64,000 nt of DNA from Octopus bimaculoides. Lineage: Eukaryota. The first letter of the stretch is position 1. Each line of letters starts with the position of its first letter. The notes under the pieces were generated by a model. That model did not search any database and was not told the DNA's origin. It saw nothing but the letters and a program-made list of their open reading frames with translations. The position numbers and the translations under genes are program-made. Positions 63,584 through 64,000 of this stretch are shown piece after piece. Location of the stretch: positions 39,580,970 through 39,644,969 of the forward strand of contig NC_068986.1 of assembly GCF_001194135.2 (NCBI RefSeq). The letters run 5' to 3'.

Positions 63584-64000
63584 GGATGAGAGGAAAAAAA
63601 TAAATGGAGAGAGAATGAAAAAATAGAATGAGAAAAACAAAAATGTGTAGGGATATATATATATATATATATATATCTCATCATCATCATCATTTAATGT
63701 CTGTTTTCCGTGCTGGCATGGGTTGGATGGTTTCACTGAAAACTGTTAAGCTGGCAAGCTACACCAGTTCCAATCTGATTTGGCATGGTTTCTACCACCA
63801 GATACCCATCCTAGTGCCAATCACTCCTGGCATGTAGCGGGTACTTTTTACTTGCCAATTACAAAGCACTGGCATTGGCCACAACTATGATCTCACTGGG
63901 ATTGACAGGTCTTCTCAAGCATGGGGTATTGCCAAAGGTCTTGGTCACTTGTCACTGCCTCTGTGAGGCCCAAAGTTTGGAGGGTACTTTTCATGTGTTA

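Overview
AT-rich animal genomic DNA from a gapped draft assembly (about 14 N-runs, mostly bordered by (TA)n/(CA)n). The repeat repertoire looks like an octopus-type cephalopod, which is inference from recalled repeat families. Nearly all ORFs in the supplied track are artefacts of gaps, microsatellites or repeats. One host gene is recognisable: a minus-strand CSTPP1/C11orf49 (UPF0705) orthologue. Its confident exons are 55413-55218, 51029-50914 and 35016-34962, its probable 3' exons lie near 28.7-28.4 kb, and its 5' exons were not found. Weaker candidate exons of unidentified plus-strand genes lie at 3.8-12.1 kb and 34.3-43.1 kb. The rest is dense transposon debris: four tRNA-headed SINE families, RTE and R4-like LINE fragments, Tc1/mariner remnants and MITEs, TTAA (piggyBac-type) MITEs, three Helitrons, a foldback-like element, and a degenerate Penelope-like element (RT + GIY-YIG). 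The most unusual signal is a set of minimal type I hammerhead ribozymes. One family sits inside a tRNA-headed SINE-like element (A/B box head, (AAT)n, hammerhead, short tail) that occurs at 29.8-30.2 kb and 54.6-54.9 kb. At both loci it has an inverted 5' junction typical of Penelope-like insertions. A second, shorter hammerhead family occurs at 63.5 kb and, degenerate, at 25.3 kb.
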